Of a DNA stretch of 64,000 bases, positions 29,780-40,330 are shown piece after piece (positions within the stretch are counted from its first letter, which is position 1; the number at the start of each line of letters is the position of its first letter). The DNA comes from a virus (lineage: Duplodnaviria; Caudoviricetes). The notes under the pieces are model-generated. The model saw only the letters and a program-made list of their open reading frames with translations. It made no database searches and had not been told where the DNA came from. The translations under genes were made by a program, and so were the position numbers. The DNA is taken from IMG/VR virus record IMGVR_UViG_3300031418_000003; one strand, 5' to 3'.

Positions 29780-31349
29780 TTAACTTACCTGTATTTTTTA
29801 ATTGAAGATAACGTTGATAAGAATCGGAGTTCTTCGCCACAATCAAGGAGTACAACATTCCATACGGCATGTAGAACCCACGTTGTGGTCCATCTCCCAC
29901 GTCAATACCATCGTAAACGTCCTCCCAATCACTCCACCCATTATCACCCCAGTTATCGGGAAGTGGGTATTGTGGGAACAGAATGCCAATTAACCACTTG
30001 CCGTAGTCGGGGTCATTCAGCAGATCTTCGACACACTCGTCATCGTACAAGCGCAATGCGTAGTCGAGTGAGAACACTACCCGATAGCAGTTACTCATTT
30101 TTGGCTTGCGCAACAGAACCAGGTCACCGTTCTCCTGAAGTACAATCTGAGACGGCAATACTTCTTCTGCATTCTGACCGTCATCTGAGTAGACTTTGAT
30201 GTTCATCGGATTTCGGTGACGAGTGGTGACTTTGTCATGGTACTTAATCAGATATTTGATGAACGTGGCATTCCAGGTGAATCCCTGAATGTCTGTCATG
30301 TTCAACAGGACCTGGGTTTCCGTGTTCTCGACATTCACCAATACCTGCAACTGCGGGCTAAGCCAATAGACTGGGTCTGGACGCCAGTTGTCCTGAGATG
30401 GAAGAACGTGATAGAACGGTGCTTGATTCTTCTGGTAGTCCCACACTTTATGGGCAGCAGCAGACTCAAAGAAACGACGCGCTACATATTCCTCTTTGTT
30501 ATTCTCGAAGACATCAGGAATATAATCCGGTGGCATCGGTTGCTGATAAACCTGAATAGGGTAGTTCATTACCCACTCAGACATCTCAGACCAGTAGAAC
30601 CAATAACGGAAGCTCACTTCGAACTTACCGATATACGAACCTTGGTTAACAAACGCCATGTTCGGGTTTTCCATGTTAACGCCAATATCCGCCATTTGCT
30701 GTTTAAACACAAACACCGGAGCTTTATATGCAACGTTACGCAGAATACCAACCGGAACTGTCGAGCACTCTTCCATCCAGTCAATGAAGTTTTTATCTTG
30801 AGCAACCACACCGGCTCTCTGTAACCGGGTCATGATTTCCTGGAAACATTCGAGCTGAGGATAAGTGGTTGGGAAATGGGTATCCACATTGAACAAGACG
30901 TTCTGATGGGGTGAGAACGTTCCCCGACGTAAATTGGTCAAGTAACGTTCTGCGGTTACGCGATCTTTAAAGTAGGCATTCACAGTCACGTTATAGCGAC
31001 GGGTAATGAACTTAGGGATGATCGTCGATTTGGTATTGGGTTCGTACCACAGCGGTGGGTTAGACAAGTTTCCACTGTAAGCATCTAACTCATCGTTGTA
31101 CCCTGACTCCACACGTTCTAATTCAACAAAAAGTTTGTTGTCGTAACCCAAATCTACACCCAGGTCAGAACCCCTTTTATCGCTACCTTCTCCTCCTAAG
31201 AGTTTAGAGACTTCAGATTCACCATTAAAGAGGATGCGTTGATCAACACTGATGTTGAAATACTTGAGCATCTTTTCCAGTGAAGCTAATACAGCTGGAC
31301 GGGTTCCAATTCTGTATGTCTCAAAAGAAGGAATTCTTACACTAAGCAT
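29739..31349 (-). CDS. Tail completion/neck-like virion protein
   Basis: 536 aa; adjacent to the neck gene; function inferred. Confidence 0.5.
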   Translation of the reverse strand: MLSVRIPSFETYRIGTRPAVLASLEKMLKYFNISVDQRILFNGESEVSKLLGGEGSDKRGSDLGVDLGYDNKLFVELERVESGYNDELDAYSGNLSNPPLWYEPNTKSTIIPKFITRRYNVTVNAYFKDRVTAERYLTNLRRGTFSPHQNVLFNVDTHFPTTYPQLECFQEIMTRLQRAGVVAQDKNFIDWMEECSTVPVGILRNVAYKAPVFVFKQQMADIGVNMENPNMAFVNQGSYIGKFEVSFRYWFYWSEMSEWVMNYPIQVYQQPMPPDYIPDVFENNKEEYVARRFFESAAAHKVWDYQKNQAPFYHVLPSQDNWRPDPVYWLSPQLQVLVNVENTETQVLLNMTDIQGFTWNATFIKYLIKYHDKVTTRHRNPMNIKVYSDDGQNAEEVLPSQIVLQENGDLVLLRKPKMSNCYRVVFSLDYALRLYDDECVEDLLNDPDYGKWLIGILFPQYPLPDNWGDNGWSDWEDVYDGIDVGDGPQRGFYMPYGMLYSLIVAKNSDSYQRYLQLKNTGKLNGSDFYRWDQATS

Positions 31350-31385
31350 ATTTATTCCTCTCTAGAACAATCATAACATCAAACC

Positions 31386-31411
31386 CTCTTACCCCAATTA
31401 AGGAGTAAGAG
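31386..31411. terminator. Degenerate member of the palindrome family (copy 4)
   Basis: CTCTTAC-ccc aatta agga-GTAAGAG in an intergenic gap. Confidence 0.55.
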
Positions 31412-31438
31412 AGCTTAATAATTTAAATGAGTTCTGTA

Positions 31439-32332
31439 CTATCCAATTTCTATCTCCACTTCTTCTGGATTATTACCTTCGGTAGAGGAATAAGGATCCT
31501 CACTCTGTTCGGTGTTATTATAATCCCCTTCCCCACTCACCGGATTCTCCGCACTGCTATCAGTATCTCCATCTGTTAACCCTTTCGAGTTATCAGACGT
31601 ACTATCACTTACACCATTATTTTTTAATGAAATGATATAACGAATCTGGAAGAGTTCCTGATTAGAGATAATGACAACGACATCAGAGAGACCGTCTGAA
31701 TACTTCTCTACCACACGCGCACCGGTTAGCAATGATTTACATTGTGCCAGTGTACTCGCATCAACCTCGGTACTAAACCGATTAATGATGGCAGTAATGA
31801 ATTCCAACGAGAGTGTGTTCTTGACAAACTTAGGTTCGGTAATAGATGCGATCGAACCCATAAGGAAGTTACGGAATTTTAACTTATTTAATCCAGCGGC
31901 GATATCTACATTGGTGATATCCCGTTTAATACCGAGACCAATGCCTGTAAGCGCTTCCAGAACGATGTAGCAACGAATAACACCTTTATAGCCGTAACTG
32001 TTAGCCGAGATCGGTAACTCAATATACTGAGCCACTGAGGACGGATTTAAGACACTGGTGTCGTAATAGTCTACCCCGCGCACTAAACCCAATCCGTAGA
32101 TCTCACTCACTAAGTCATAAAGGTCATTCATTGTCACCGACTGCGGTACAGTGATAGTTGGGATCTTGGAGAAATACTCACCGATATCAACTTTCTTTAA
32201 TTCAAAGAACGTCTTCAGTGACCCCTTGATCCCTTCTATCCGAGTAACGTCAGCATTAAGGGAATAGATCTGATAGATCGCATACCCTTCTGGTAAACGC
32301 GAGGCAATGTCGTCTTTAAAGTTATACGACAT
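31439..32332 (-). CDS. Hypothetical virion-cluster protein with acidic C-tail
   Basis: 297 aa. Confidence 0.65.
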   Translation of the reverse strand: MSYNFKDDIASRLPEGYAIYQIYSLNADVTRIEGIKGSLKTFFELKKVDIGEYFSKIPTITVPQSVTMNDLYDLVSEIYGLGLVRGVDYYDTSVLNPSSVAQYIELPISANSYGYKGVIRCYIVLEALTGIGLGIKRDITNVDIAAGLNKLKFRNFLMGSIASITEPKFVKNTLSLEFITAIINRFSTEVDASTLAQCKSLLTGARVVEKYSDGLSDVVVIISNQELFQIRYIISLKNNGVSDSTSDNSKGLTDGDTDSSAENPVSGEGDYNNTEQSEDPYSSTEGNNPEEVEIEIG

Positions 32333-32334
32333 CG

Positions 32335-33195
32335 TTACCCCTTGAAGTTAGATTTAGCTGGTTTCTCTTTTACCGTTTTTGCCATTTTAGAAACAGCGTT
32401 CAGTGCACCCACGATTTTATTCTGCATCCCGCCGATGATACGTGCTTTCTTTGTTTCATCTTTGGCTTCATCGCTGGCGTCTTTATTCTCTTCCTTGATA
32501 CCGGCTTTAACTTCCGGTGTATCATCTTCTTCCGGGGCTTTCAGATTGCGCAGTTTGTTTGCCGCCTGCTGTGCATTACTCAACACCTTCCGCAGTGAAC
32601 CACCCACCGATTGCAATCCCTGGTTTGAACTTGACTGAATCTCAGCATAGACTGTACGAAGTTTAGCGACAGTATCGCAACCCTTGACTTTTTCAGCGGC
32701 AGTACGGATCTTGTCCATTGCGCCACCCAAGTCACGGTTCTCATCTTTGATTTCATTATACTCGGCACCGCCTTCCAGTGCTTTGATGATGTTATCAGGA
32801 TTGCGTAACGGGGAGTCATCAGGGATCGGCGTGTTCCCTTCCATCTCGTTCAGGGCAGCAATAGCACTTTCTGCTTTCTCAGCCGCATCGTTAGCGTTTT
32901 TCTGAGCATCACCGAAGAAGTACGTGCTGATACGTTTCAACATGTCTGTGATGTTGTTGTAAAGCCGTTGAGCCACTTCTTTAATGCTGTCAGACAACTT
33001 AGCCTCGGTGCCGGCAACCTGACCCACATCGAAATGCAGACAATAAAACGATTCGTTACCACTGAGATTGCGGAACCCATCGCGGGTTGCGGTCGATAAA
33101 GAAACATACCCATCGAACATCCAATTAAGGTGATCGAACTCAGCGTCTAATTCTGGATTAGACGGAACATCTAAAAAGGCATCGTCCTGCGTCAT
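32335..33195 (-). CDS. Inner-head (processed) protein paralog
   Basis: SGNES and AGTEA sites followed by amphipathic helix KLSDSIKEVAQRLYNNITDMLKRISTYFF. Confidence 0.65.
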   Translation of the reverse strand: MTQDDAFLDVPSNPELDAEFDHLNWMFDGYVSLSTATRDGFRNLSGNESFYCLHFDVGQVAGTEAKLSDSIKEVAQRLYNNITDMLKRISTYFFGDAQKNANDAAEKAESAIAALNEMEGNTPIPDDSPLRNPDNIIKALEGGAEYNEIKDENRDLGGAMDKIRTAAEKVKGCDTVAKLRTVYAEIQSSSNQGLQSVGGSLRKVLSNAQQAANKLRNLKAPEEDDTPEVKAGIKEENKDASDEAKDETKKARIIGGMQNKIVGALNAVSKMAKTVKEKPAKSNFKG

Positions 33196-33196
33196 C

Positions 33197-33781
33197 TTAA
33201 CACCCTATGAAACAATCATTACCGAACTGGAACATTTCATCTAACAGCTGTACACAGTTAAGTAAAACAATAAGCTGAGCTACTGAGAAATGTGAGAGAT
33301 CGTCAGTTACCCACTTGTTAATAAGAATTAATGCATCATCAACAGCATTGGCTGCATCAATAAACGTTTGAGCGGTAACAGGGAAACGGGTACCGTCATT
33401 TGTATTTACTTTGTGATCATCAGGACACGTAAGAAGAGGATATTCCATGACACTGCGGTAAAGGTTGTCAGGTTTCTCAACTTCTAAAACTAATTGCATG
33501 GCTTCGTTATTCGACAGGTCCGTTTCACGAAGGTCAGCAGTCCAGAATTTGATTGCCTCAATTGGCGCAGTGAAATCGATCGTTGTCTCTGTGACATTAT
33601 CACCAAAGCGAGGAATGGTAAATTCCTCTTCGATCTCAATAAGCTTCTTGAGAGCCATGTGGGCAGTCGACTCGGGTTCAAGCAACGAGTCACCTGACTC
33701 AACTTCAACCCCGCTGCGTTGCGCCTGAATGATCGTAAGGATCTGCTTCAGAAATAAATAGTTATCTTGATTCGAGATCAT
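33197..33781 (-). CDS. Hypothetical protein
   Basis: 194 aa, coupled. Confidence 0.65.
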   Translation of the reverse strand: MISNQDNYLFLKQILTIIQAQRSGVEVESGDSLLEPESTAHMALKKLIEIEEEFTIPRFGDNVTETTIDFTAPIEAIKFWTADLRETDLSNNEAMQLVLEVEKPDNLYRSVMEYPLLTCPDDHKVNTNDGTRFPVTAQTFIDAANAVDDALILINKWVTDDLSHFSVAQLIVLLNCVQLLDEMFQFGNDCFIGC

Positions 33782-34296
33782 ACCAGAACCTCAATAAACC
33801 CGGTGAGGTAATCATGCGTTGAGTTCACTGAAATAATCAGCTTCCCCTCAATAGTAACAAGATGTACTTCACGTAGGGTTAATTCATAAAAACCAAATGC
33901 TCGGCAAAATGTAAAGAAATCCCGCACACTGCCTTCATCGAAAGATGAAGCGGTGTTCAGTATGTTTGGGTCGGTCATGGTCAGGTTCGTTGAATATTTG
34001 TTATTCAATGTCGCTGCCGCGTCTTCATCAATTTGGTTCTGGGTAATAAACACACTCTTCTTATACAGTCGAATGTCAATTACCGATGGAAACAAATCAG
34101 CCAATTGGAATTTCTTCATCACTAGCCCTGACCTTGATAATCGTTCCACCAAAAGAACTTTATCGTCAGAGCTGGATTTTGCAAACACTAAGTGGTCAGG
34201 GGGTGTGTTAGTTTTAACATTATTCAAGGCGTCAAATGCCCCGATACCCAAACTCTTTAAATGAGTCAAGGTAAAGTTCATGGCATCGATGTTCAT
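33778..34296 (-). CDS. Hypothetical protein
   Basis: 172 aa, 4-nt overlaps with neighbours. Confidence 0.65.
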   Translation of the reverse strand: MNIDAMNFTLTHLKSLGIGAFDALNNVKTNTPPDHLVFAKSSSDDKVLLVERLSRSGLVMKKFQLADLFPSVIDIRLYKKSVFITQNQIDEDAAATLNNKYSTNLTMTDPNILNTASSFDEGSVRDFFTFCRAFGFYELTLREVHLVTIEGKLIISVNSTHDYLTGFIEVLV

Positions 34297-35369
34297 TTGT
34301 GTAATCCTGAATTAACGAAGTCCAACCCAACATCCATACTGGTCAACACGTACTGAAGGTTAACCGACATCAAGCGTTTGTTAAACCGGATTAACCAGTT
34401 AAGGTATGTGCGTTGATCCGATGTCATGGTGCCGTTGTTGCGTTCATGTGTCCGTGCTGATTTCTCAAACTCACGGTACAGTTGAGACACCGTACTTTGG
34501 TTAGAACGAATCTCTTTAATACACTTACGGACCGAACCCAATACCCCATCCATCATTGGACCGTTAGGTTCATATTCAGGTGACAGCAATTTCACGATCA
34601 CACTGGATGACTGGAAATAGACACCAACCTTATTCAGGTTTTCGACATCGGGTTTGTCGATGACTAACTGACGACCACCAGGAAGAATCTTTGAAATAAA
34701 GTTATCCCCTTTATCCGTCATCCCCATCTGGGTTTTGACGATATCAACGGTCTTATCAATTTGGCGCTGTAAATCAAATCCCTCCCCGGTAGAATCGCTG
34801 ATCAGCCGTGTTAACTGCTGATACGCCTTCACGGTATCTTTGTAGTAGTCGGTCACGTTGTTTAACGAACCCACCACCCAGTTCCCGTCGAGAGAGATTG
34901 TGAGTGGATCCATAACACGGCGAATTGTTGCCGGGTATTTAACCGGTGTGGAGGAAATACCTTCACGCTTACGGTTAGTGGAAACACGAAACTCACGATT
35001 GTCCAAACGCGCAATACGGTTGTTAACCAGGTTCAATAAGAAGTCAACAGCGTCCTTGGCTAACTGTACCAGGAAACTAATAACACTCTTAACTTTATTT
35101 GCTGCTTCTAAACCGCCCACAATCAACCCTACTCGTTCTTCTTCAAGATTGGGTAACGTGATAGCACCGGCGGTAATAAAACGTTGTATGACGCTTTCAA
35201 GGCCATCTACAGCAGCTTTGTCTTCATCTTTAACATTATCTTTCTTAACGTCCACTTTCTCATTAAGAAAGAAGTTCATTCGCCCCTCATAAGGTTCCAT
35301 GCGCTCCCCGTAAATATAGTCGGTAGAGTCAACGGGTTCCTTAGGGCTTGGAATCAATTTTTGAGACAT
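34293..35369 (-). CDS. Inner-head protein paralog
   Basis: DGLES and GGLEA sites followed by an amphipathic helix; 358 aa. Confidence 0.65.
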   Translation of the reverse strand: MSQKLIPSPKEPVDSTDYIYGERMEPYEGRMNFFLNEKVDVKKDNVKDEDKAAVDGLESVIQRFITAGAITLPNLEEERVGLIVGGLEAANKVKSVISFLVQLAKDAVDFLLNLVNNRIARLDNREFRVSTNRKREGISSTPVKYPATIRRVMDPLTISLDGNWVVGSLNNVTDYYKDTVKAYQQLTRLISDSTGEGFDLQRQIDKTVDIVKTQMGMTDKGDNFISKILPGGRQLVIDKPDVENLNKVGVYFQSSSVIVKLLSPEYEPNGPMMDGVLGSVRKCIKEIRSNQSTVSQLYREFEKSARTHERNNGTMTSDQRTYLNWLIRFNKRLMSVNLQYVLTSMDVGLDFVNSGLHK

Positions 35370-35413
35370 AATAAACTCCTAGTGAGATCATAGCATTCAA
35401 ACAAACAACAAAA

Positions 35414-35441
35414 GGAACAAGGAGCCGAAGCCCCTTGTTCC
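35414..35441 (-). terminator. Intrinsic terminator with UUCG tetraloop
   Basis: Minus strand GGAACAAGGGGC-TTCG-GCTCCTTGTTCC-TTTTGTTGTTT. Confidence 0.85.
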
Positions 35442-35460
35442 GAATGTTATTCAAACGCTA

Positions 35461-36699
35461 TTACTTAGCGCCTTCTGCTTTAGGAGCAGAACCGCCCAGG
35501 TGTGCCTTAACGAAGGCCAGCTGTGCTTCCAGGATATCAGCACCCAGGTTGGTCGCAGCGCGCGCGTATTTCAGAGCGGCGGTGTGAGCACCTTTAACGG
35601 CACCGACAGTAGACTTGACTTCTTTCTTGTCGTCGTCTGAACGATCAGCTTTAGGAGCCTGGTTCTTCTCGATCGCACCGATCGCTTTATCGCGCTGAGT
35701 GGTCAGAGCATTTTTATCCAGTTTGGCGTTGTGTAGTTTGTCCGCATCAGACGCTACGCTGTTAACCAGAGACAGCAGAACAGATTTCTCCAGTTTGCCA
35801 CCTTTACCAGCTTCACCCAGTTTCACAGAAACAGAGGCTTTACCCAGACCGCCATCGCGTACTGGTGCAACGATTTCCACAGTTGCGTTTGAACCAACTT
35901 TGACAACCAGTTTTTCGGTGTCATCAGTTTTGCCTTCGATGGTTTTAGAACCAGCGGCACCAAACGCATCAGCAACAGCGTGAGCTGCTTGAGCAGAGTC
36001 GCCTTCACGAGCCAGACCCAGACCACCCAGTTCAGAGAACGCTTTACCCTGTACCGCGATCAGAGCAGAGATAGCTTTAGAGCTACCGTTAGCTTCCAGC
36101 AGCGCAGAAGACTTAGGCAGAGAGATCTCGCCATCTTTCACGGTACCGGCGTTAACTGCGGCTTTCAGATTACCAGCTTTTGCTTTCAGACCTTTCAGTT
36201 TGTTGAACAGACCAACAAACATTGCGATGAAGCTGTTGTACAGATCAACGAAGAATTTCTTGATCGCGCCAACGGCTTTGCCAGCAGTCTCTTTGAAAGA
36301 CTCAACGCCAGCGTATGCATTCAGGCTTGCAGTAGAGGCATCGGCATAAGACTCGGCACCCTGGACTTCAACCGGCTGACCAAACTTGGCAGAGATTTTT
36401 GCAGCACGAGCGAAACGGTGCGCAAACAGTTCAGCGTTGAAAGGAGTTGCGCCTGACAGCATAGATTCCATGCCACCGACTTCTTCTTCCAGCTCTTCAA
36501 CTTTCTCTTCCAGAGCTTCGATCGCAGTTTCGTGCGACGCGATGTCTTTGTCGTGCTCAGCGATATCGCGTTCAGCATCGGCAATTTCTTTATCGACGAT
36601 CGCTTCTGCTGCTTCTTCAGCGGTAGCAATGATGGTAGTTTCAGACAGATCAGCGTTTTCTTGGCCGGCAACGCTTGCAAAGATATCTTTAAGAGACAT
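35461..36699 (-). CDS. Abundant inner-head/ejection protein (phiKZ gp93 / SPN3US gp53-54-like family)
   Basis: 412 aa; acidic propeptide with GQE/GMES/GAES/GVES sites; very strong codon bias; own terminator. Confidence 0.75.
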   Translation of the reverse strand: MSLKDIFASVAGQENADLSETTIIATAEEAAEAIVDKEIADAERDIAEHDKDIASHETAIEALEEKVEELEEEVGGMESMLSGATPFNAELFAHRFARAAKISAKFGQPVEVQGAESYADASTASLNAYAGVESFKETAGKAVGAIKKFFVDLYNSFIAMFVGLFNKLKGLKAKAGNLKAAVNAGTVKDGEISLPKSSALLEANGSSKAISALIAVQGKAFSELGGLGLAREGDSAQAAHAVADAFGAAGSKTIEGKTDDTEKLVVKVGSNATVEIVAPVRDGGLGKASVSVKLGEAGKGGKLEKSVLLSLVNSVASDADKLHNAKLDKNALTTQRDKAIGAIEKNQAPKADRSDDDKKEVKSTVGAVKGAHTAALKYARAATNLGADILEAQLAFVKAHLGGSAPKAEGAK

Positions 36700-36739
36700 A
36701 ATGGTAATTACCTTTTTCTATAGAAAATGTTAAAACGAT

Positions 36740-37690
36740 TTAATTAAATTGTTTACTTAAGTAGGACGATAAAGTGTCCACATAATCGTCCAGGTAGATC
36801 ATGAGCTGTGGAAGAAACCCTGAGTACAAAGAGAACACCTTCGTGTTGCCTTCCAAGCGAGAACGCATATCCGTGAGCAGACTCGCAGACAGAGTTCCTT
36901 TCAAAGTATCTAAATGGGCAAAAGACTTACCCAGCACAGTATTGAATTTCTTTGTGTAACTTTCGTACTGGTTAAGGGCCTTCACAACATATTGATACGT
37001 TTCTACCAATTTGGTTAACTTCGTCAAAATGGTTTTGACGTCGTCTTTCGCAAAAGATTCAGTGGTTTCTTCAGCAGGGGTACTGAAGTTCACGATACTG
37101 GTTTTGTGAGAACGCTCATCAAACCAAATCATTTTACCGCCAGGTAACATCACAGAAGAGACGGAATCTTTCATCTTGCTGTCAGGTAGTTTAAACTCAG
37201 GATACTTAAGCGCATCCATTCCGTTTAACACAGAGACTGCGTCATCCGTAGTCTCAACTGAAGCAATACGTTCCAGGTAACTCAGTTCTTTACTTGAGTA
37301 AACCTCAACGTCCTGTAAAAAGGATTTAAGTAAATCCATTGTCTTTTGAAGATCATTCAGTCCATCAAGGATATCGGCCGGATTTCCATCACGAGTGACT
37401 TTCTTCAAAAGCGCAGTGTTAAAGGTTAATTCTTCCTTCAAAGTTTCTTTACTTAAACGGTGGTGGGTGTGTGCGATAAACATACGACGCGTGCCGATAG
37501 TTTTCACAATCCCACTCACAGCAGCTTTGGTAGCCTGAGAGATCGCATTAACTGACGTTTCTCCTGCCGCTGACCCGGCTTGTTTAAGTTTCCCAAGAAC
37601 ATCCGTGAAGAAGGATTCTGCCCCATCAACACGGATATCCTGAAGGATCAAACCTTGAAGAGAGTCACGCAACTCACTTCTATTCGACAT
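36740..37690 (-). CDS. Inner-head protein paralog
   Basis: 316 aa; DGAESFF site; SVMLPGGKMI segment shared with the family (cf. ILPGGRQL in 34293). Confidence 0.7.
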   Translation of the reverse strand: MSNRSELRDSLQGLILQDIRVDGAESFFTDVLGKLKQAGSAAGETSVNAISQATKAAVSGIVKTIGTRRMFIAHTHHRLSKETLKEELTFNTALLKKVTRDGNPADILDGLNDLQKTMDLLKSFLQDVEVYSSKELSYLERIASVETTDDAVSVLNGMDALKYPEFKLPDSKMKDSVSSVMLPGGKMIWFDERSHKTSIVNFSTPAEETTESFAKDDVKTILTKLTKLVETYQYVVKALNQYESYTKKFNTVLGKSFAHLDTLKGTLSASLLTDMRSRLEGNTKVFSLYSGFLPQLMIYLDDYVDTLSSYLSKQFN

Positions 37691-38957
37691 TGTAGCACTC
37701 CAGATGCAAGCTCAACATCGTGATCAAATGACTGACCAATACGATTAACATATTGGAAACCTGGGTTTTAAAGTGGTTGACGTCGTATTGATAGTCAGCC
37801 GTGATCAGCCCATACTGATAAGCCCGGTCCTGTCCTGAGTTACTCTGACGCAGTGTAGATAATACATCTTTCACATCGTCGGGATTAAAGTTAACAGGGT
37901 CAGATTCCTGGTTCATTGATTTCAGTTTATCAATGATGGATTGAATCACATCACGGATAATAAAGATCTGAGTCAACGAGAGAACCTTAACAGTGGCTTT
38001 ACCAGAACGCTCGGCACCATCTTTAACAACCCGGTACCCCGTCATTGAAAGAGAGTCGGCATACAGGGTATTATCTTGCGGAACGATAACGTTGTCCTTC
38101 ACCCAAGCAGGCGAAAGCGTGATACCCTGGAATACCACCCCATCCAACATCCCGAAAGTCTGCTTAGCAAACAACATGTCGGAATTGTCATCAGGAAGTT
38201 TTGAACGTTGATTAAACAGCTTGGGGATCTGACGCTCAATGTCGGTAATGTCATTGTTCTTGTCATTACCGAAATAGCGAATCACAGAGTTCTTATACCG
38301 AACCTGTTCCATTTCCCACACCCGCAGACAAGAGGTGATGTAATTCACCTCACCTTGCAACTGTTTACCTAAATCCCCATTCAGGATGCGACCACCTTTA
38401 GAGATAGAACGCACAATAAGCTCGTTGAGCTCAACTTCAGTGCACCCTTCTCTAACTTGGTCCACTACATCCAGTAAAGCGTCTAATGACTCCAGACGCG
38501 TTTCCAGGACCTCTGTGGAGGTGGTTAACTCCAACCAACTGCGGTGGAAGTTTTCAACCAGCTGGTTTGCCCAACGTTTGATGTTTTTATAGGTTTCCCC
38601 TAACATTTCATGCAGAGCAACAGAACGGACTTTACGCCATTCAGCCGGAGTGATGTTAATCCCGAATGCTTCATTACCAGAGACGGAAACACCGTGTTTG
38701 CTGACCGAGAGGTTTGCATTTTGCATCACCAGGTCATCAACAGCGTTCGCCATCTCTGTGGTAATTTGATAATCTTCGCTGTTACTGAGTGTGTCCAACG
38801 CGGACTGCAACTCTTCCTTTACTTTCAGGTTAACACGAAAGTTATCAATCGCGGTCTTGGCTTCTTCAGTAAGCTTCGGCACGCTTTGAACAGAGGCAGG
38901 ATTGATTGCTGCGGCTTTTAAATTACCGAGCAAACTACTTGTCATAGTAGATACCAT
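37680..38957 (-). CDS. Inner-head protein paralog
   Basis: 425 aa; SGNEAFG site. Confidence 0.7.
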   Translation of the reverse strand: MVSTMTSSLLGNLKAAAINPASVQSVPKLTEEAKTAIDNFRVNLKVKEELQSALDTLSNSEDYQITTEMANAVDDLVMQNANLSVSKHGVSVSGNEAFGINITPAEWRKVRSVALHEMLGETYKNIKRWANQLVENFHRSWLELTTSTEVLETRLESLDALLDVVDQVREGCTEVELNELIVRSISKGGRILNGDLGKQLQGEVNYITSCLRVWEMEQVRYKNSVIRYFGNDKNNDITDIERQIPKLFNQRSKLPDDNSDMLFAKQTFGMLDGVVFQGITLSPAWVKDNVIVPQDNTLYADSLSMTGYRVVKDGAERSGKATVKVLSLTQIFIIRDVIQSIIDKLKSMNQESDPVNFNPDDVKDVLSTLRQSNSGQDRAYQYGLITADYQYDVNHFKTQVSNMLIVLVSHLITMLSLHLECYNVE

Positions 38958-39465
38958 CCATGCTTAAACAGAATTTAGCTGCAAGCTCAGGACCGATCAA
39001 TGCCATCCAATCGTAGAAGTGACGTTCTTCGATAATGCTGAAGTCAACATCCTCGACCTGATACCGGTTTCGGTATTCCTGATGTTCGTCATAGATAATG
39101 GAGGTATGAATGACTTCGCCGTTACGGCTGATGTTGGAGATACGGTTAAAGTCGATCTTAATCTGACCGATAACCACAGAACCCGGCAGACGCCCGGCAA
39201 TATAACCAACAATTTTTCTGGCCAGTTCTTTGCGTGCACCGCCGCCGTTACGGAAGTTAACAATCAACCAGTTACGGAAGCTTGCACCGATGTAACGACG
39301 AGTGATGCCAAAGATTTCAGAATGTGAACCGGCGTCATTCATTAACTGAAACTCATTCCAAGCTCCCAGGAAGGAGTTGATAATGCGTTCGTTGTTTTCC
39401 AGAATACCTGTGTCGAAGTTAGCAGGGACCAAACCGAATTTAAGATACTTAAACTCAGTCGCCAT
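38935..39465 (-). CDS. Conserved head-associated protein
   Basis: Start re-assigned to ATG 39465 (MATEFKYLKFG); 176 aa. Confidence 0.65.
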   Translation of the reverse strand: MATEFKYLKFGLVPANFDTGILENNERIINSFLGAWNEFQLMNDAGSHSEIFGITRRYIGASFRNWLIVNFRNGGGARKELARKIVGYIAGRLPGSVVIGQIKIDFNRISNISRNGEVIHTSIIYDEHQEYRNRYQVEDVDFSIIEERHFYDWMALIGPELAAKFCLSMDGIYYDK

Positions 39466-40327
39466 AACGCGCCTCGATTTGAGCAATCTTGCCCTGTTTC
39501 TTAATGATCTCATCCTGGTAGATTTCAATCTGACGATCCAGGCTTGGATCTTCGATACCAGAACGACGGTTGTTCAGACGAGCAATCTTCATGGCCAGCA
39601 TGTCGATATCAGCATTGGCATCAACCAGTGACTTGATGTCTTTCTTCATGCGGCGCATACGCCACCAGAACAGCGGGTTCAGTTGGTGTGGAGCCAGATT
39701 ACGTTGGACCGTAACAGCTTTGTCACCGACAGAGGCAGCAATAACTTCTTCTGACTGTGCGTCGTACGGTTCATCAGTCAGATCGTCGATCATGGTATCC
39801 AACGTCTTGATTGACTGAGAGAACTTAACCAGCAAATTAGAGAAGTACTTCGCCGTGTCATTAAAGAAGCCCAGGTCCACTTTCGTTAAGAAGGTGTTCA
39901 TGTTAACTTCTTTGCCCGCTTCCGTGATCACGATATCCAGTACAATACCGGAATAGCGATTGAAGAAGTTAATGGCTTGAACGCTGTCCAGAATACCTTT
40001 CTCTTTAAAGGTAATGGTTTCCACGTCGTAGTTGTCGGTCTTGCTACGCGTGATGCGGTCTTTCAGTTTCGGCAGCCAAGCCAGCAGCTGGGTAATGGAG
40101 AAGTCCATTGTTTCCAGCAGGGTGCTGCGTGCATTGATGCGTTTCTTAACGTCGTTCTCAATACCTTTCAGTACGGCGTTACGCTGAACATAGGCTTCAG
40201 CCGCTGTGTAGTTATCTGCATTGTCGCGCAGCAACTTCAGGGTATCGCTCAGACCTCGCAGATAAACGATCTCTTTATCCATCGAAACGAGGACGTCGAT
40301 TTTCGGGGTATCATTAATGATGATCAT
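39455..40327 (-). CDS. Inner-body/head protein (phiKZ gp90-like)
   Basis: 290 aa; LNPLFWWRM and coiled-coil C-terminus; synteny. Confidence 0.65.
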   Translation of the reverse strand: MIIINDTPKIDVLVSMDKEIVYLRGLSDTLKLLRDNADNYTAAEAYVQRNAVLKGIENDVKKRINARSTLLETMDFSITQLLAWLPKLKDRITRSKTDNYDVETITFKEKGILDSVQAINFFNRYSGIVLDIVITEAGKEVNMNTFLTKVDLGFFNDTAKYFSNLLVKFSQSIKTLDTMIDDLTDEPYDAQSEEVIAASVGDKAVTVQRNLAPHQLNPLFWWRMRRMKKDIKSLVDANADIDMLAMKIARLNNRRSGIEDPSLDRQIEIYQDEIIKKQGKIAQIEARYGD

Positions 40328-40330
40328 GGA